DNA from: Candidatus Dojkabacteria bacterium
Lineage (GTDB): Bacteria; Patescibacteriota; Dojkabacteria; B142; OLB20
DNA length: 64,000 nt
Assembly (NCBI GenBank): GCA_035444565.1
Contig: DAOMOX010000005.1
Span: forward strand, 5,045-69,044
Direction: 5' to 3'
Shown here: one piece after another, positions 52,301 through 59,645 of the stretch
Layout of the letters: each line of letters opens with the position of its first letter
How positions within the stretch are numbered: the stretch's first letter is position 1
Notes under the pieces: generated by a model
What the model was told of the DNA's origin: nothing
The model's database searches: none
What the model saw: the letters and a program-made list of their open reading frames with translations, nothing else
Program-made: the position numbers and the translations under genes

Positions 52301-53149
52301 TTTTTCACCTTCTCGGTCTACAACGAACTGTGGATTGAGCTTTTTGCCATCGTAATCCGTGAGTACCAATTGAGGTTGATTCTCATCCGAAGCGAAGGCT
52401 GGATGGATAATGTATTTCAAAATTTTTGTTTTTGTAGATAACTCGTAATCGTATTCAAAAACCAAGTCTGTATCAGCAGTAGCATTGATATTTACGGCTT
52501 TTTCATCTCCTGGAACTTTTTGGGTGATTTTGATTCTGTCCAGTTGGTCTTCGACAATAAACGCTCCAAATAAGAAAAATACAAGGATTAGTAACTTGTT
52601 GAAATTTGGAGAATGTATTGTTTTATCAATTAATTGATAACCTGTTTTTACGAATTCCGATAACAAAGAGTAAACCTTTTTGATACTTAGGTTTATTTTG
52701 TTTAACTTCGGAAGGATAGTATTTAGTGATTTTAAACTATTAAGACTTAATCCAAGATTTAGTCTTTCCTTGATTAAATTCAAGTTATTAAGACCGGATT
52801 TAAACTTTATACTTCTTTTAAATAGAAATTCCATAACTTCTAAATCTCTCAATTTCTTAATTTTTACATTTTCCTTAGACCTGGCTTTAAATTGAATTTT
52901 AAATTTCCTGAATCTGCGCTTTATATTGATAATTTCACCAATATGGTCTTCCTCGAACTTTACTCGGAAAGTCTTGTAGCGACCAACCAAGTTTTTACTG
53001 AATAGATTCGTAGTTTTGAAAAGAAACGTTGTATAAATTGGGAGGTTTTTTGTGAGGAATTTCTTGCCAACAAGAAAAAAGGTTTGGGCCATTGAAAGCA
53101 ACCTACGACAGTATATACGAATGTTTCGCCTAATTAAACGAATGTGCAA
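43349..53149 (-). CDS. Giant (3266 aa) surface adhesin: basic N-terminal tail, TM, Ig-like and beta-helix-like regions, LamG, duplicated propeller-like repeats, shared C-terminal module
   Basis: LamG: GLVGYWKMNE..FDGTGDY..FTLSAWV..W..V....YING..IG....W.G.IDEVRVY. Asp-box YSSDEGSTW. Start uncertain (TTG 53149 or ATG 53092). Confidence 0.85.
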   Translation of the reverse strand: MHIRLIRRNIRIYCRRLLSMAQTFFLVGKKFLTKNLPIYTTFLFKTTNLFSKNLVGRYKTFRVKFEEDHIGEIINIKRRFRKFKIQFKARSKENVKIKKLRDLEVMEFLFKRSIKFKSGLNNLNLIKERLNLGLSLNSLKSLNTILPKLNKINLSIKKVYSLLSEFVKTGYQLIDKTIHSPNFNKLLILVFFLFGAFIVEDQLDRIKITQKVPGDEKAVNINATADTDLVFEYDYELSTKTKILKYIIHPAFASDENQPQLVLTDYDGKKLNPQFVVDREGEKSFSVRIARNKIPPGAYEALLEVYKDGVYYQQEKDFTYGVLSVNTNKATFIPGEEITLNMGALKHDGHTICDADLELKITSPSGKESNPEVKQSGFCERDNVTNVPDYLASHKAEGVGKHKMTLVNKDNGYQIEDFYEVRAEVPYSIERKGPSRIYPFVAYPMEITVIANQDFIGKITERVPKGFLIKGFETTSEETWQTITWDVDLKKGENTTYSYFFDAPDISPFLYLTGPLSIGDYQEVRMWQIASDADGSGTNVVVPTGVLMGSTDQTFTFTYDPSEVLNSGELAIKVPTSRGWSTPQGSAGTAGYTTVSGSGNTTIGNVLVSGDSTSQGVWTLTEDDSDMCNTTASPFVDTTTKKEGAGAIQCNNSSSALPDDTDTFSFDASAQNWSSYTQISFWLRSTKALTSAAGIDFGYDNNAIFGSPVAIFDTGTVSANTWTYFVFDMTGTRTAITAFGLICDTTGCDSNTFWLDEVMVGPGSPTFVANGPDVDIRARFLDLASTDTVTVTYGAGGGTSGADVPSTSGIDEFTTRTRFDAGGTLTNISSHPTVNVASPAIDISGTCKQDDQTTNCTDTGTIKVAINGSIQAQVQNTVAGTWTISGLTSPNNGDVITVFIDGAGEADEAVAVTTYDGSGNVAGVELIEQRLSIGNSDNRTITNANLSQYDNSVSADEDIFYDVDASNDLTLNDTSKSSAEIYIKSGNTYRPDSTSSGNITTKALRIVGILIADGNTINLTGGGSPLVITGGTLNEDTSTFKYTSNSNVSVAELTYHNLEIKPSAVGNPTYIMDSSGNQLIMNDISIGDGTNPVSIDWISSGGFSTIRGNITLNNNSTWIKNNQETILGGTNSIVITDNNSTKQDLGILEANKTVQLGSSITLTRINIGETGALNLQSSGYNLKITGSGTGSSRPFIISGNLNEGTNSTIEYAGGSATEIQAETYNNLTLNQTGTTFTSSGNLTITDIFTINAGTFNAGGNLILLQGTSTPFIINGTFTPSTSTVKYNVYDDISIPALNYYNLEVGTSLGLTNVTYTLNSGTLNVSNNLTIGSTAPSTLVFDINTNDAEVTVEGDILVNTYGTYSASSNQAAPLSVAGDFTNNGTFTHNDGKVILDSAVDTSQSLNGAVSFHTLEIATGDREVKLGTAGTKSIVANGSLTLTGTDCSNMMRFRTSANGVQATLAVDVSASASVSHVDLQDINLTTKSVTAGNSVNSGNNSANWTISPNGCIGTSTNQDTTGSSFQRKVIYDDQNSRYWSFNHDGDEIEVKYSSDEGSTWTNPATTASGRLPYDTNDFSVWWRSISTVEYIVVAVADGGSIKLRQGTLSGTDVTWDTDVSIAMDETGTYSRPYISFDSANHIWVGATYNDGSDYVYKTVVSAEAASTDPSTWTWTTTPYQLSNAQTSLNVYGTLTALSSEDMYATFVVDTGLLGCRWDDSDTMWEDGTGASCLPTIGGGGESEYFDSLEEGLVGYWKMNEVSWNGTSGEVVDQTLNNYDGTRIGDATTISSGFGKSGTFDGTGDYVSMGNVLNFGDSTDFTLSAWVNRTTFTGDDQIIAKRNSESTAEVGYLLWVDGNDGSGDLDDVRFMVSDGSDEFLIETTTTMTTSGWNLVTVVFDDDSATNSTIYINGVDSKSSTTGTIADVNSLINSVNFTIGAESDAGEPWNGYIDEVRVYDRAITGEEVAKLYQLQPDSVNIDDASDFGALRNTGRQLVRTKSGVLYSFVNDSGRCEMWKSTDGIVWVGWDSETCKQDRPVSIAIDSNDTIHATYIVDDSFSDQLWYVTYLTGVDLFNTPEQVGSSDTLLNISYLDITIDSSNKPHIAFLVEFLSSEVYYNNRVSTAWLTNSVMIETISGAGHSSSITINDEDIPEISFINGLDNDLTIALGSDNNPDSAGQWTLQDVDTDVNDTMNQRGTSSLVNTITGDTWTAYVDINNYIALAKHADADSWSTWTTITSNTNAGYEPSLVIAGNGDVYVFYENDQDDIAYDVYDGTDWAGETVLHEGTFQNVKVKSAFEWNNYGPNTIDYIYSDGTDVYYDSLYLRRSPTNVDDVSDFGTMPGAGRQIIRSSSGVLYNFLNDGGNCEMWKSIDGTNWTLTDNEQCDSGGPIAAAIDSDDNIQVIYPDNAVQNLIESTTYSIDTDTFGTTIQLSGNNNLLLQELALTIDQNGEVHIAWVEQGTFSGAYSVKYKNKTNNIWQTSVQIASGTPQPTGDVDITINDSNIPEIVFLRANGTLNAVVGNQTNATSFTNYQVDSSVNITDGQRIPSIAVSPETGDTWIAYVESSTNYVTLAKHEGATWTSNWSNITSKTDVGYEPSIAIYGSDIYVIYKDDQDDVVYDIYNGTSWNGETVLESHGVLQDVKTKWSYVNNYDSTGVAPVQTNTYYIDNSDNCTAGSSCQDPDSVWTDDANAFDGDNSTYAYATALGSSTTNYLRADGTNAPSTTSTIVSVKARAYGYSVSPSDTYIRVNTSSGYNDLYLSVNSPSWTSYTTLTTPSGGWTWNEVQSISTRIWNEANVENHYIGKIEILVESTNPDAQNEIDYLYSDGTDVFYNRLLLGAASVPGVQDSIVTGLPTGLHKNISTVGQTISTIDYVHLAYVNSSGNIYYDRYDGDWDFTNASLDANTDNTYLGLSKDTATNDVYLGYIGSTSDDIFTKKSTYSAGPSWSWGTSTTLVTDATEIFTNYNANNTGNGKVGAIYSIGDLSPYNIGWETVLSGTTNNAPTISNVVVNGASNISLTAGSTHNVSWTATITDLDGNAEIAGVTGKLYRSGVAGAEACTPDNNNCYADAVCDLTGCSGNTCTATCTAAMYFHADATDANSTMPSEYWRGWMEATDSHSDTGSEFSATNAPDVESLSALDIVTSIDYGLMLAGDSSSEKTTLVTNEGNIILDLELLGDSMCTDYPTCAGDSIAVGQQEYSMSTFTYGSGTDLTSSAFRIQFNLAKPTASPSTQTKNLYWRLGLDLGQNLGEYDGVNTVLAKNDNIP

Positions 53150-53216
53150 TTTTATAAAATGAAAATCAACCTCAATATCAGTCTAGAGAAAATTGAGGGA
53201 TATGTCTACCTCCTTT

Positions 53217-53508
53217 GTCACTCCGCGGCTTGACCGCGGAGTCCCGTTTTTCCCATAAGTGCGCCACAGGGAGGGACCACGGGATTCCGTTTTTCCCATA
53301 AGTGCGATATACCGGGCATACGAGATTCCGTGCTTAAAGCACGGAATGACCTCAGGGGTTTCGTTGCCCCGCTGTCACTCCGCGGCTTGCCTGCCACGAG
53401 GAATATCCCACCCGGAAGTCATCCCGTGGCTTGACCACGGGATCCCGTTTTTCCAATTAATCGTTTGAGCAGATAGTTCAGGACTCCGTGGTCAAGCCAC
53501 GGAGTGAC
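53217..53508. repeat. Cluster of GTCA-tagged REP palindromes upstream of a GIY-YIG gene
   Basis: 27-nt units at 53217(+), 53324(-), 53418(+) and 53482(-), plus half-units at ~53263 and 53374. Example: GTCACTCCGCGG-CTTGA-CCGCGGAGTC. Confidence 0.9.
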
Positions 53509-53553
53509 GACGAAAATTCACAATTATTCCAGAACATTCAATTACAATTCACT

Positions 53554-53844
53554 ATGAAAACCTACTTCGTTTACATAACCACTAACAGAAAACGTGGCGT
53601 TCTCTACATTGGTGTAACTAACGACTTAGTTCGTAGAATCTATGAACACAAACACAAGATAAAATGTAAGTTTTCCGCTAGATATAATGTTAACAAGTTA
53701 GTCTATTACGAGATTCACTTCAGAGCGATGAGCGCTATACATAGAGAGAAAAGATTAAAAGAATGGAAGCGAGACTGGAAAATCGAACTTATTGAGAGGT
53801 CGAATCCATTGTGGGAGGACTTGTATGAGTCTATTTCGTGCTGA
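53554..53844 (+). CDS. Stand-alone GIY-YIG nuclease (YhbQ-like)
   Basis: YFVYI......VLYIGVTNDL.RR..EH...F...Y....LVYYE......AI.REK.LK.W.R.WK..LIE..NP.W.DL. The upstream extension in the ORF track is repeat-derived. Confidence 0.92.
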   Translation: MKTYFVYITTNRKRGVLYIGVTNDLVRRIYEHKHKIKCKFSARYNVNKLVYYEIHFRAMSAIHREKRLKEWKRDWKIELIERSNPLWEDLYESISC

Positions 53845-53856
53845 ATGTATATACGG

Positions 53857-54026
53857 GATTCCGTGCTTAAAGCACGGAATGACCTCGAGGGATTCGTCAC
53901 TCCGCAGGTTGACCTGAGGAATTCCCCACACCTCTGTCACTCCGCGGTTTAACCGCGGAGTCCCGTTTTATCTATAAGTGCGATATATCGGACATACGAG
54001 ATTCCGTGCTTAAAGCACGGAATGAC
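53857..54026. repeat. Cluster of GTCA-tagged REP palindromes downstream of the GIY-YIG gene
   Basis: Units at 53857(-), 53896(+, degenerate), 53936(+) and 54000(-). GATTCCGTGCTTAAAGCACGGAATGAC occurs three times exactly across the locus. Confidence 0.9.
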
Positions 54027-54040
54027 CTATGGGAGCGATT

Positions 54041-54706
54041 TCAATTCCGAATCTCCACCCCACCAAACATTGCAGTACCAGTTATAACGAGTTTACCCAC
54101 AGGGGTTCCAGTAGTTTCTGTTTTATCCTCGACTCCACCTAAAATAGCAGTGATATTACTAATTACCTCAATATTTTCGGGAACTCGAAGTTCAACCCCT
54201 CCGAAAATCACACTAATATTCATCTCAGCACCATTTTTATCGATTTTTACTTTGCTTAAATCGTATTCAACTCCTCCGAATAAACAGTTGATATTTCCAC
54301 CTTCAAAATTTTCGCTTGAGATTTTCTTTTCGCTCCCCCAGAAAACTGCGCTTGCGTCCACGTTTCTTCCGGATTCTTTAACCTTATTTCCGTTGAAAAG
54401 ATTTCCCCTAAACAAAACTAACAAGCCTGCTCCGATGATAAATAATGGCCAAATCATTGCCCACACATTCCAACTTAATAGAGTAGAAAGTAAGAAAATT
54501 GCACCTAGAACAGTAAAAATCATCCCACCAGTTCGATTTCCTTGTGTGTAGAAAGAAACTCCTAATACGATTAGGAACAATGGCCACAAATTACTAAAAA
54601 ACCAGCCAACATTTAAATATCCACCAAGTCCAGTTTGGTCGAAGAGCAATCCCACTCCCAGCAATACAATGAACGTACCAATTATTAGTCTTGTTTGATC
54701 TTTCAT
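54041..54706 (-). CDS. LiaF-like membrane protein (DUF5668 + DUF2154)
   Basis: WP..LI..G TM motifs twice, then repeated FGG/LGG beta strands (AVFWG, CLFGG, VIFGG.EL.VP, AILGG, AMFGGVEI). Confidence 0.82.
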   Translation of the reverse strand: MKDQTRLIIGTFIVLLGVGLLFDQTGLGGYLNVGWFFSNLWPLFLIVLGVSFYTQGNRTGGMIFTVLGAIFLLSTLLSWNVWAMIWPLFIIGAGLLVLFRGNLFNGNKVKESGRNVDASAVFWGSEKKISSENFEGGNINCLFGGVEYDLSKVKIDKNGAEMNISVIFGGVELRVPENIEVISNITAILGGVEDKTETTGTPVGKLVITGTAMFGGVEIRN

Positions 54707-54730
54707 TTGAGTAATTTAAAAATAAAATAA

Positions 54731-55774
54731 TTAATAATATTTAATCTCGAATTTACCAACACCGACATTTACATCGAGTTCGAGTCGCACTTCTGTATCC
54801 TCATAATCATCAGAAACAACTTCACCCTCTTTTCCCAAACCAGAAAATTCCTCTCCAAAAATTCTTGCCTCACCTACCCCGACATCATACTTAACTTTGT
54901 ATTCGGTACCTCTTGGAACATAAATTGTTAAATCTCCTGTTCCTACTTCAACTTTTACAGGATTTTTTGGTATGGAATCCTCGCCAAGTTCTACTTCTAG
55001 TTTACCCGCACCAACTTCTAGGTTTAATTCTTCAAGTATTAATTTTGTAAAACTTACTTCTCCCTCACCTGCACCCAAATTCAAATCCAGCTTCCTAACC
55101 GGTTTTACATCGGGTAATTGTAATGTGTACTCTGGTCCTCTACTTTTGAAACCCCAAATTTCGAAATTATCCTTTTGTGAGAAATCTAACTCCAAAGTAC
55201 GATCATCAATTTCCGAAGAGTAGTCAGGTTCACCCATATTTTCAAAATATTTTGAGTTGAAAACAACTTCAGATGAGTCAGAATTATCACTTAAGGAAAA
55301 TTTTCCTAAACCTACATTCAAATCCAAGTCGATCTCGTCAACTTCTTCCTCTACTAACTCAAAAGAATCTTCTGATGATTTCAAGTCTCCTGGATCTTTT
55401 AACAATACATTGTTCACCCTTTCTCTCCATGCAGGTCTGATAACATTATTCCCTCTTATGGTTAATCCAGTGGAAATAATTGCAAATATTGCTATGACTG
55501 TATAAATAACTAAAGCGATTACTCCAATAGAAATTGCACCAAATCTCGTTTTCCCTAAGATTATCTGAATCCCTGCAATAATTATGAAAACAGGCCAAAA
55601 CCTAAGTAACAATAACCAGACAGACCACGAAAGTGCTCCTGTAGTATTTAATAAGAAAATTGTTCCAATGATGATTAAGAAAACTGCACCAGAGTATTTA
55701 TCTGCATCGCCTTTGAACTTAACCTCTTTTTCTTTGTGGGATTTCACTTTGACTTCGTTCACTTCGGTTGTCAT
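54731..55774 (-). CDS. LiaI/LiaF-TM (DUF5668) protein with extracellular beta-solenoid (LiaG/DUF4097-like)
   Basis: G..LI.IG..FLL......W......WP..II.AG, followed by repeated L.VG.G strands. Confidence 0.72.
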   Translation of the reverse strand: MTTEVNEVKVKSHKEKEVKFKGDADKYSGAVFLIIIGTIFLLNTTGALSWSVWLLLLRFWPVFIIIAGIQIILGKTRFGAISIGVIALVIYTVIAIFAIISTGLTIRGNNVIRPAWRERVNNVLLKDPGDLKSSEDSFELVEEEVDEIDLDLNVGLGKFSLSDNSDSSEVVFNSKYFENMGEPDYSSEIDDRTLELDFSQKDNFEIWGFKSRGPEYTLQLPDVKPVRKLDLNLGAGEGEVSFTKLILEELNLEVGAGKLEVELGEDSIPKNPVKVEVGTGDLTIYVPRGTEYKVKYDVGVGEARIFGEEFSGLGKEGEVVSDDYEDTEVRLELDVNVGVGKFEIKYY

Positions 55775-55950
55775 TATTTAAAAATAATAAATAATATACG
55801 TCGATTTAACCTCTATCATAGGAATATGGGGTTATTTGGATATTAACACCTTGAGATTTTTGCGTCAATATTTCGTGATAGCTGGAAATATACTTATAGA
55901 GTATCGTTCGAATCTGGGCTAATATTATAAAGCATAATTTGAATCCAAAT

Positions 55951-56619
55951 TTAATTTTCTTTTTTCCTTTTGTTTTTCATATCAAGTTCCCATAATAATT
56001 TATGAGAGTCAAAGATATATGCAAAAATTCCGACAGCACATGTAGCCACCGCAATCATAAGTAAAAATTGTGCGAAATACATACCTGTAGTAAAAAATAC
56101 AATATTAATTATCACTAAAAGTAATCTAATCTCTGTAGCAGGGATGCCTTGGGTACTTATATTAAATTGCTTCATTGTGATAGCCCTCATCATTACTGCT
56201 TGAAACATGAAAGATATCAGAATGACAATCACAGCGACATATAAATCAAGCGACTTGGGGAAGATAATAAAATAGCCGATTCCTAAAGAATGTAAGAATA
56301 CATAGTCAAGAAAATGATCCATGAAGAAACCCCAAAGTACTAATCCAGTATTTCTCGCTCTACCCACAGCTCCATCCAGAAGATCTGTAAGATATTGAAG
56401 GATGACTAAGATAGCAATGAGCAAGTACACAAACCTAGAATCGCCAAAGACGTAGGATACTATTATTACCAAAAAACTCCAAATAATTGTTAATAGAGTC
56501 AAATGATAAGTTTGTAGGAATCCTGGGACAGTAGGTTGTAATTTATCTACTAATACTTTATCTAATGGGTATAACAAATGATTAGTTTTCGACTTCTTTA
56601 AGTACTCTGTACTGCTCAT
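55951..56619 (-). CDS. CDP-alcohol phosphatidyltransferase
   Basis: DLLDGAVGR......GFFMDHFLD matches DxxDGxxAR..GxxxDxxxD. Confidence 0.9.
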   Translation of the reverse strand: MSSTEYLKKSKTNHLLYPLDKVLVDKLQPTVPGFLQTYHLTLLTIIWSFLVIIVSYVFGDSRFVYLLIAILVILQYLTDLLDGAVGRARNTGLVLWGFFMDHFLDYVFLHSLGIGYFIIFPKSLDLYVAVIVILISFMFQAVMMRAITMKQFNISTQGIPATEIRLLLVIINIVFFTTGMYFAQFLLMIAVATCAVGIFAYIFDSHKLLWELDMKNKRKKEN

Positions 56620-56735
56620 CAGTAAATTTACAAAATTAAGAGTAGATAGATCATATTAACAAATCAATAAAGTTGTTATGTTTATCTCAAAAAGTGTTGT
56701 CATTCCTTAGCATGATTATCTATATCATGTTTGTC

Positions 56736-58139
56736 CTACATTATCTTCGATATTTTTAATGATTTTATCAAATCATCACAAGTTGCTGATGCATCTGATA
56801 AATCAGGATCAAATGTGCATGATGCTTGAATTTGAGCGCTTACTCCTTTTATTTTTAGTTTATCAGAAGTACAACCTACATAGTTCTCTACTAACATATC
56901 TGAGGGTAAATTTTTATAACAGACAGTTTTATCAGGATCAGGATAATACATTCTGTACGAGAATGATTTTTTTACTTGATAACCATTTACAACTCTTTCG
57001 TCACTCCTAATCAAATTAATAAATACTTGTGTGGATTCTATATCAAATGACGGTGGTGCTGCTTTTTGATCCGAAAAACTGATATCTGCAAAATCATCTG
57101 TCGGTTCAAATATACTAAATAGTAAAGTCGCATTTTGTCCTACAACACTGAAGGAATTCCAAGATGAATTTATGTATGTCCCTTGAGGATAATCCTCAAT
57201 ATAGAATCTGTATTTACCTAACAATTCTGCTGTTGTTTGATTCCTAAGTTCTAGAATTGCTTCTAGTTTCGGTTTTTCATATTTCTCATTTTCTTCAAAT
57301 TTCTTTTCAACACTATCAAAGAATCGAAATATCATTTGTTTACAATACTCATACTCATCTGGTGTTTCGGTAATACACTTCAATCCTACAAAATTCCCGA
57401 ATTCAGTACCCTCAGAAAATTCACCCATAAAGCCTAAATTAACCCAAGCACCATTATTAACACTAACATAGTTGCCATCGTCGTCCATACTCATTAAGTA
57501 CAGGCTATCCATTTCATCCACTTGTAACAAATAGAGAGGATAATTTGGAAGCTTCTCGATAGTAGGTGCCTTTACTAATTTTGTCTCCTTTTGTTCCATT
57601 GTTAGTGTAGCTTCATTAAATCTATCCTGGAACAAAGATAGTGCTTTAGTATCGATCTGGACATAAGGAAATTCCCCACCCTGAAGTAGATAAATGAACT
57701 CGAGTTTCGTGTCTTCAGATTTGCTTATTGATAGATATTGAACACCGTTAATCGTTTTCCCTTCCACTTCTGGATGGTAATTTATTCCTCCAATCAACTC
57801 TACTTTCGTATCAGAAGGGTGTTCAAACTCAAGATAGTCATCTGAATACAACTCGAAAGCGATTGTAGGTAAAACGGTCACTGTAGGCAATGGCGTGCTG
57901 TCGTTGTTGTCTGTATTGGTTGCATTTTCTTCTGGTTTGAAAAACATTAGATAAACAACAACTATCAAAGCCCATACAAGGACTAATAAGGTAGAGACGA
58001 TAAACAACTTTTTATAATTCACTTTTTTCTTTGTAACAGTTTTATCTGTCGGTTTGTCACTTTTACCAGTAGTTACCTTAGCACTAACCTGATTAGGAAC
58101 CGGTGTGACTTCCATTTCATTTTGAATATCTTCACTCAT
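56736..58139 (-). CDS. Hypothetical single-pass membrane protein
   Basis: TM helix, TPLPT linker, Y....LEFEHP start of a PsbP-like domain, paired Cys residues. Confidence 0.7.
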   Translation of the reverse strand: MSEDIQNEMEVTPVPNQVSAKVTTGKSDKPTDKTVTKKKVNYKKLFIVSTLLVLVWALIVVVYLMFFKPEENATNTDNNDSTPLPTVTVLPTIAFELYSDDYLEFEHPSDTKVELIGGINYHPEVEGKTINGVQYLSISKSEDTKLEFIYLLQGGEFPYVQIDTKALSLFQDRFNEATLTMEQKETKLVKAPTIEKLPNYPLYLLQVDEMDSLYLMSMDDDGNYVSVNNGAWVNLGFMGEFSEGTEFGNFVGLKCITETPDEYEYCKQMIFRFFDSVEKKFEENEKYEKPKLEAILELRNQTTAELLGKYRFYIEDYPQGTYINSSWNSFSVVGQNATLLFSIFEPTDDFADISFSDQKAAPPSFDIESTQVFINLIRSDERVVNGYQVKKSFSYRMYYPDPDKTVCYKNLPSDMLVENYVGCTSDKLKIKGVSAQIQASCTFDPDLSDASATCDDLIKSLKISKIM

Positions 58140-58219
58140 TTTAGTTAGAATAATATTCTTTATTCTATGTAAATTTCATAAGTAAGGCAATTCAGTTAAA
58201 CTCAGGAGATAGTTCAGCT

Positions 58220-58762
58220 ATGAATACAATTTCAACAAATCGATCACTGGTTAATACTATAATAGCCATATTTCTCTTAATCTTTGCTGCCTTTATTTCA
58301 GACTCAAAAATTAATCCAAATTTATCGAGAGACGTTTTAGGGACAGATACCACTTTATACAACGTAACTTCTATTGTCGATGGTGATACCATCAAGGTTT
58401 CAGATTCTCAGGAACAATTCACAGTTAGATTGATTGGTATTGATACGCCAGAAACAAAAGACCCCAGAAAAGAAGTCGAATGTTTTGGAGAAGAAGCCAC
58501 ACTTTATCTGACTAAACTATTAGATGACAATTCCATTATTTTAAAATCTGACAGCACTCAGGACGATGTCGATAGATATGGAAGACTACTCAGATATGCT
58601 TTCCTCCAAGACGGTACAAATGTAAACAAAACGATGATCCAAGATGGTTACGCATATGAATACACCTATTCCAAGCCTTATTATTACCAAAAAGAATTCA
58701 TCGACGCACAACACTTCGCCCGGAATGGAAGGTTAGGGTTATGGAGTGGGGTTTGCGATTAG
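58220..58762 (+). CDS. Thermonuclease (SNase-like), exported
   Basis: IVDGDTI, VRLIGIDTPE, DRYGRLLRY, N......GYA, A.....GLW. Confidence 0.95.
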   Translation: MNTISTNRSLVNTIIAIFLLIFAAFISDSKINPNLSRDVLGTDTTLYNVTSIVDGDTIKVSDSQEQFTVRLIGIDTPETKDPRKEVECFGEEATLYLTKLLDDNSIILKSDSTQDDVDRYGRLLRYAFLQDGTNVNKTMIQDGYAYEYTYSKPYYYQKEFIDAQHFARNGRLGLWSGVCD

Positions 58763-58851
58763 CATCTATCCATATTGATTAATTATATACTCACTCGTGA
58801 AGGTATGTCAACCAACAGACATTTTATGGCTAAATAATCATCACTGCCAAG

Positions 58852-58880
58852 ATGACAGGATTTCAAATATATGGTTTAAT
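58852..58880 (+). promoter_or_regulatory. Putative extended -10 promoter
   Basis: ATGACA-17 nt-TTTAAT with a TGn extension, 21 nt upstream of ATG 58902. Confidence 0.45.
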
Positions 58881-58901
58881 ATTATTAATTAGTTAAATCA
58901 T

Positions 58902-59075
58902 ATGATAGCAAATAAAGAATTTCCGAAAAAAGAAGATGATTTTGGATCGGATGCCGAAAATATAATAATTCCTAAAGATGTAGTTGATTTCCTAGAAGAT
59001 TTAGCGCTCACGAATAGACCTGACGAGGGAGCTAAAAAGATGGGCGCATTAGATGACGAGGGAAGTGAAGATTAA
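58902..59075 (+). CDS. Small acidic protein (57 aa), below the ORF-track cutoff
   Basis: MIANKEFPKKEDDFGSDAENIIIPKDVVDFLEDLALTNRPDEGAKKMGALDDEGSED*; fills the intergenic gap behind a promoter-like motif. Confidence 0.5.
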   Translation: MIANKEFPKKEDDFGSDAENIIIPKDVVDFLEDLALTNRPDEGAKKMGALDDEGSED

Positions 59076-59569
59076 ACCCAAAACCTCAAAGACCCCTCTT
59101 TCTCACCCTCGAGTATTCCTCCATTTTTTTCAATCACTCTTCTAGATGCAACATTGGAGCTATAGCAAGTCAATCGCACTTTATCTATCCCTAACTTTTT
59201 TGCCTCTATTAGAGCTAATTCAAGCATTTTCGTTGCATAGCCTTTCCCTCTGAATTCAGGCGCGATTGTATAACCAATGTGCCCGCCTATTTCTTTTAAT
59301 CGGTCATTGAGATAATGTCGAACTTTTATAAACCCGACGGGTTTATCATCAACAAAGAACCAATAAGTTGTTTGTGGAACTCGGTCAGGTTTTATATTAA
59401 CTCCTAATGATTCATCATATCTATCTTTCAGCTCAGCTTTAAATTCCTCGAAACTCATACCATGGTAACCATTTTGAAATGAGTTCTCTTCTCTAGGAAT
59501 CTTTTGGAGCATATCATATATCTCTTTCCCGTCTGATGGGGAGAGTTTTTGGAGTTTGAACTTTGGCAT
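59072..59569 (-). CDS. GNAT family acetyltransferase
   Basis: VG.I..RH.LN..L...GGHIGY.I.P..RGKGYA, N.AS..VIE.NGG. Confidence 0.92.
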   Translation of the reverse strand: MPKFKLQKLSPSDGKEIYDMLQKIPREENSFQNGYHGMSFEEFKAELKDRYDESLGVNIKPDRVPQTTYWFFVDDKPVGFIKVRHYLNDRLKEIGGHIGYTIAPEFRGKGYATKMLELALIEAKKLGIDKVRLTCYSSNVASRRVIEKNGGILEGEKEGSLRFWV

Positions 59570-59645
59570 AATAGAATCGAAAATTAACGAATATCCCTAA
59601 GAAGTTTAATTTATGTAGACATCAGAAATTTAATAACGCTAAGTC

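Noticed and set aside
53259-53553. ORF 53259-53468 and the N-terminal extension of the GIY-YIG ORF from 53488
   Set aside because: Both are translations of palindromic repeats. The nuclease motif starts at ATG 53554.
53217-54026. CRISPR array
   Set aside because: The repeats alternate in orientation, spacers are irregular and partly duplicated, and there are no cas genes. The pattern fits REP doublets.
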